Assembly (NCBI GenBank): GCA_050253415.1
Contig: JBFWJC010000007.1
Span: forward strand, 32,001 to 96,000
DNA from: Pedobacter sp.
GTDB lineage: Bacteria; Desulfobacterota; Desulfuromonadia; Desulfuromonadales; Syntrophotaleaceae
Reading direction: 5' to 3'
DNA length: 64,000 nucleotides
A program made the translations under genes and the position numbers. A model generated the notes under the pieces. The model made no database searches. It was given only the letters and a program-made list of their open reading frames with translations, and had not been told where the DNA came from. This document shows positions 61,263-64,000 of this stretch, piece by piece; position 1 is the stretch's first letter; each line of letters starts with the position of its first letter.

Positions 61263-61763
61263 TCAGGAGAGGATAAACAGCGCCCCCGCTATCAGCAGGA
61301 GGACGAAGGATGTCATCAGATACATGGATATACCTCGCAATCTTTTTGCTCGCGAGCTTTGGACTGCTATTTGACGCTGAATAACGACCCGGGTCTGATC
61401 GACGAGGAATCGCATGGCCGTTTCATCGTCATAAGTGCCGTCGGCCAGCCCGTCAAGATAGGCGCAATAATCGGGAGCTTTGATATTGTCGGCATCCTTA
61501 CCGCGCAAGCTGTCAAGACAGAAGCCAACGATGAGCAACGCCAGAGCCGCCGAAACCACGGCAAAGGCCTGCCAATGCATCACCGGAAAGACCGGCGATT
61601 TTTGAAGCAACATCAGATCGAGGGTCAGGGCCAGGGAAGCCGACCACAGGTAAGTCCGGAACAACCCGTCCTGACGGGCGGGGAGCCGGTCGGTCAGCCA
61701 GACATAGAGATTTTCCATCTGTTTGAAGATCAGTTCGTAGGCTTTGGTCAAAGTGTCCTCCAC
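61263..61763 (-). CDS. Three-TM prophage accessory membrane protein
   Basis: Hydrophobic hairpin near residues 38-82 and a C-terminal TM; GTG start. Confidence 0.65.
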   Translation of the reverse strand: MEDTLTKAYELIFKQMENLYVWLTDRLPARQDGLFRTYLWSASLALTLDLMLLQKSPVFPVMHWQAFAVVSAALALLIVGFCLDSLRGKDADNIKAPDYCAYLDGLADGTYDDETAMRFLVDQTRVVIQRQIAVQSSRAKRLRGISMYLMTSFVLLLIAGALFILS

Positions 61764-61904
61764 AAGGTTGGTTAATGCTGAAAGCCTATCACAGACAAAT
61801 GGTTATATGAAAACGATTTAAGCGAAACCGCGCCCCTTGGGGCCGGTCGTCCGAGGGTGGCACTTCGGGCCTGACGAGCAGCCATGCAATACAAGGAGTG
61901 ATTT

Positions 61905-64000
61905 ATGGACGCATATTTTAACGGTGAAGAATTAGCCGGGCTACCCGGCATGCCTAAGACCGCCAGGAGTGTCCATCGCAAGGCAGCCAGTGAAAGTTGG
62001 CAGAGTCAGGAAGTGGCTGCCAAGGGTGGGCGAACAGGTACCAGGCGGGAATATCACATCAACAGCCTGCCGCCTGAGACCCGCAAGGCGTTGGCAAAGT
62101 CACACCCTGCTGCCATGCACGACCCCGCAGGTACCGAGACCGGCCAGAAGCTGGCCCTGAGCGCCAAAACCAAAAAACAGGCACAGCGCAAGCAGGCCGA
62201 GGACGCCTTACAGTGCGCAGCGCATCTGCCCGAGCGCGAACGCCAACGCAATGCCGATCGCTCGGCCATATTGGCCGACTGGAAGCAATACCGCCGGGTC
62301 TCCGGAGAATCGGTCAACCCTTCGCTTGCCTCGTATTCCAAATTGTATAACGCCGGGCAGCGCGAAGGTATGGAGACGATCCGGCAGCGGATCCGCAAAG
62401 TTTCCATGCGCACCCTGTTGCGCTGGCGCAGCGACGTCAAAGAGCGCGGGCACCTGGGCGCACATTACGGCCAAAACAAGGGCGGCAACAAGATCGACAG
62501 CCAGCCGGAGTTGAGAGATTTTGTGGTGGCGATGCTGACGGCCTATCCGCACTGCAAGGCCAGCCAGGTGATCCAGTCTCTGGATGCTCGGTTTGCCGAT
62601 CGCGATGACCTTGATCTGCCGAGTCAGGGACGGCTTGGCAAATGGATGAATGTCTGGAAGGAAAAAAACGCCCAGCTGTTCAGCGCCATGAGTAACCCTG
62701 ACCAATGGAAGAACGGCTTCATGACGGCGTTTGGCAGCTCCTCGGAGAACGTCGCGGTATTGAATCAGCTTTGGGAATTCGACGGCACCCCGGCGGACAT
62801 CATGTTTACCGACGGCAGGCATTCGATCTGCGGCGTAATCGACGTGTACAGCCGCCGCCCCAAGATGCTGGTCACACCTACGGCACGAGCCACGGCGGTG
62901 GCCGCCCTGCTGCGCCGCGCGCTGCTCGACTGGGGCCTGCCTGCCGATCCCTGGCGACTGACCGCCAAAACCGACAACGGCTCTGATTACAAGTGCCATC
63001 ACATGGCGCGGGTGTTTGAGCTGCTGGATATCGACCAGGTTCTCTGCCCGCCCTTCTCCCCCTGGCACAAGCCGCACATCGAGCGTTTTTTTCGCAGTTT
63101 CTCCCACGACCTTGTGGAGCTTTTGCCTGGATTTATCGGGCACAACGTCGCCGATCGCAAGGGTATCGAGGCACGCAAGGCTTTTTCGGAGCGACTGTTT
63201 AAAAAAGACCAAGTCATCGAGGTCAACATGCGCGCCGAGGAATTCCAAAAGTTTTGCGATGAGTGGGTGACCAACATTTACATGCACCGGCCTCACGATG
63301 GCCTTAACGGCAAGACGCCCTACCAGATGGTGAACGAATGGCGCGAACCGGTGGAGCGCATCCGCAACGAACGGGCACTGGATCTGTTGTTGTCGGAAGC
63401 CCCCGGCAAGGGGCTGCGCACGGTCAGCAAAAAGGGCATCCGCCTGGATCACGGTTTGTTTATCGCGCCGGAGCTGTGGGCGGTGGTCGGACAAGAGGTG
63501 CGGGTGCTGGAAGTGGCCGACGATCTCGGGAGGATCATGGTGTACGGCGGCGAGCAACTCAACGAATTTGTGTGCGTGGCGGAATGTCCGGAGCGTACCG
63601 GCATCGACCGCGCCGAGGTAGCCGCCAAGGCCAAGGAGATCCAGAAAAAAGCCGTACAGGAAGCCAAGGCCGAACTCAAGGCCAAGGCCAAAAAGCTTGG
63701 TGTGGACGATATCGTCACCGAGATCCGCGCAGCGGCAGCGACCCAGGCCGGCAAGCTCACCGCCCTTCCGCGCCCCTCGCGCGATTACACCAGCGCAGGA
63801 TTGGACGCTGCAGCCGAGGCCGCATGCAGCCTGGACAACATTGCGACACGCCAGAAGATCACGGCCGATATCTCGACACCGGAGGCATCTTACGCCCGGT
63901 GGAAAAAACTGGAAGCACGGCACGCCGCAGGCGAGACGCTGTATGCGGAAGACGCGGCGTTTTTCAAGGGGTTTGCCATGAGTGCGGACTGGAGAGCCAT
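61905..64000 (+). CDS. MuA-like DDE transposase (3' end outside window)
   Basis: AAGGAG RBS; MDAYFNGEELAGLPGMPKT...EYHINSLP (Mu-type N-terminal DNA-binding domain); NQLWEFDGT, IDVYSRR, TDNGSDY, KPHIERFF. Confidence 0.92.
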   Translation, partial: MDAYFNGEELAGLPGMPKTARSVHRKAASESWQSQEVAAKGGRTGTRREYHINSLPPETRKALAKSHPAAMHDPAGTETGQKLALSAKTKKQAQRKQAEDALQCAAHLPERERQRNADRSAILADWKQYRRVSGESVNPSLASYSKLYNAGQREGMETIRQRIRKVSMRTLLRWRSDVKERGHLGAHYGQNKGGNKIDSQPELRDFVVAMLTAYPHCKASQVIQSLDARFADRDDLDLPSQGRLGKWMNVWKEKNAQLFSAMSNPDQWKNGFMTAFGSSSENVAVLNQLWEFDGTPADIMFTDGRHSICGVIDVYSRRPKMLVTPTARATAVAALLRRALLDWGLPADPWRLTAKTDNGSDYKCHHMARVFELLDIDQVLCPPFSPWHKPHIERFFRSFSHDLVELLPGFIGHNVADRKGIEARKAFSERLFKKDQVIEVNMRAEEFQKFCDEWVTNIYMHRPHDGLNGKTPYQMVNEWREPVERIRNERALDLLLSEAPGKGLRTVSKKGIRLDHGLFIAPELWAVVGQEVRVLEVADDLGRIMVYGGEQLNEFVCVAECPERTGIDRAEVAAKAKEIQKKAVQEAKAELKAKAKKLGVDDIVTEIRAAAATQAGKLTALPRPSRDYTSAGLDAAAEAACSLDNIATRQKITADISTPEASYARWKKLEARHAAGETLYAEDAAFFKGFAMSADWRA

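Larger units (their letters stand above)
58267..64000 (+). mobile_element. Mu-like transposable prophage, left end and early region (continues beyond window)
   Basis: TGT terminus followed by repeated TGGTTTGGCAY sites; divergent repressor/ner layout; MuA-type DDE transposase. Confidence 0.85.

Noticed and set aside
61044..61775. 243-aa plus-strand ORF in the prophage
   Set aside because: Low-complexity shadow of the minus-strand cassette, which has better RBS and hydrophobicity pattern; not fully excluded
62208..63923. 571-aa minus-strand ORF
   Set aside because: Antisense shadow of the MuA transposase, which carries the DDE motifs on the plus strand

Overview
Bacterial chromosome window, most likely from a Desulfuromonadales member (Pelobacter/Syntrophotalea/Geobacter-like; inferred from the mutS-amidase-glnD-xerD-apgM gene order and a GEMM riboswitch). 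1-24.6 kb: a minus-strand Wzx/Wzy-type surface polysaccharide locus with an AT-rich insert. It is headed by two secreted pectate-lyase-like genes sharing a near-identical duplicated domain; the first also has Calx-beta/Ig domains and lies behind a sigma54 promoter, a c-di-GMP-I riboswitch and a terminator. 25.4-36.3 kb: core genes (apgM, xerD, glnD, amidase, mutS, CDF transporter). 36.5-41.3 kb: an ArsR-led organoarsenical-type operon (arsP, arsE/F/G-like) expanded by an AhpD/CMD protein and a CCG-domain Fe-S oxidoreductase. 41.4-58.0 kb: metabolism (pfk, ROK kinase, exbBD, HIT, thrC, glnBA with sigma54 promoter, an arginine-synthetase-like ATPase paired with an aldehyde dehydrogenase, lpxA), a 26 x 7-bp tandem array and a stand-alone M41 peptidase domain. 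From about 58267 to the end: left end and early region of a Mu-like transposable prophage (repressor, operators, Ner, counter-oriented accessory genes, MuA transposase running off the window). All family calls come from motif recognition by eye; no searches were run.
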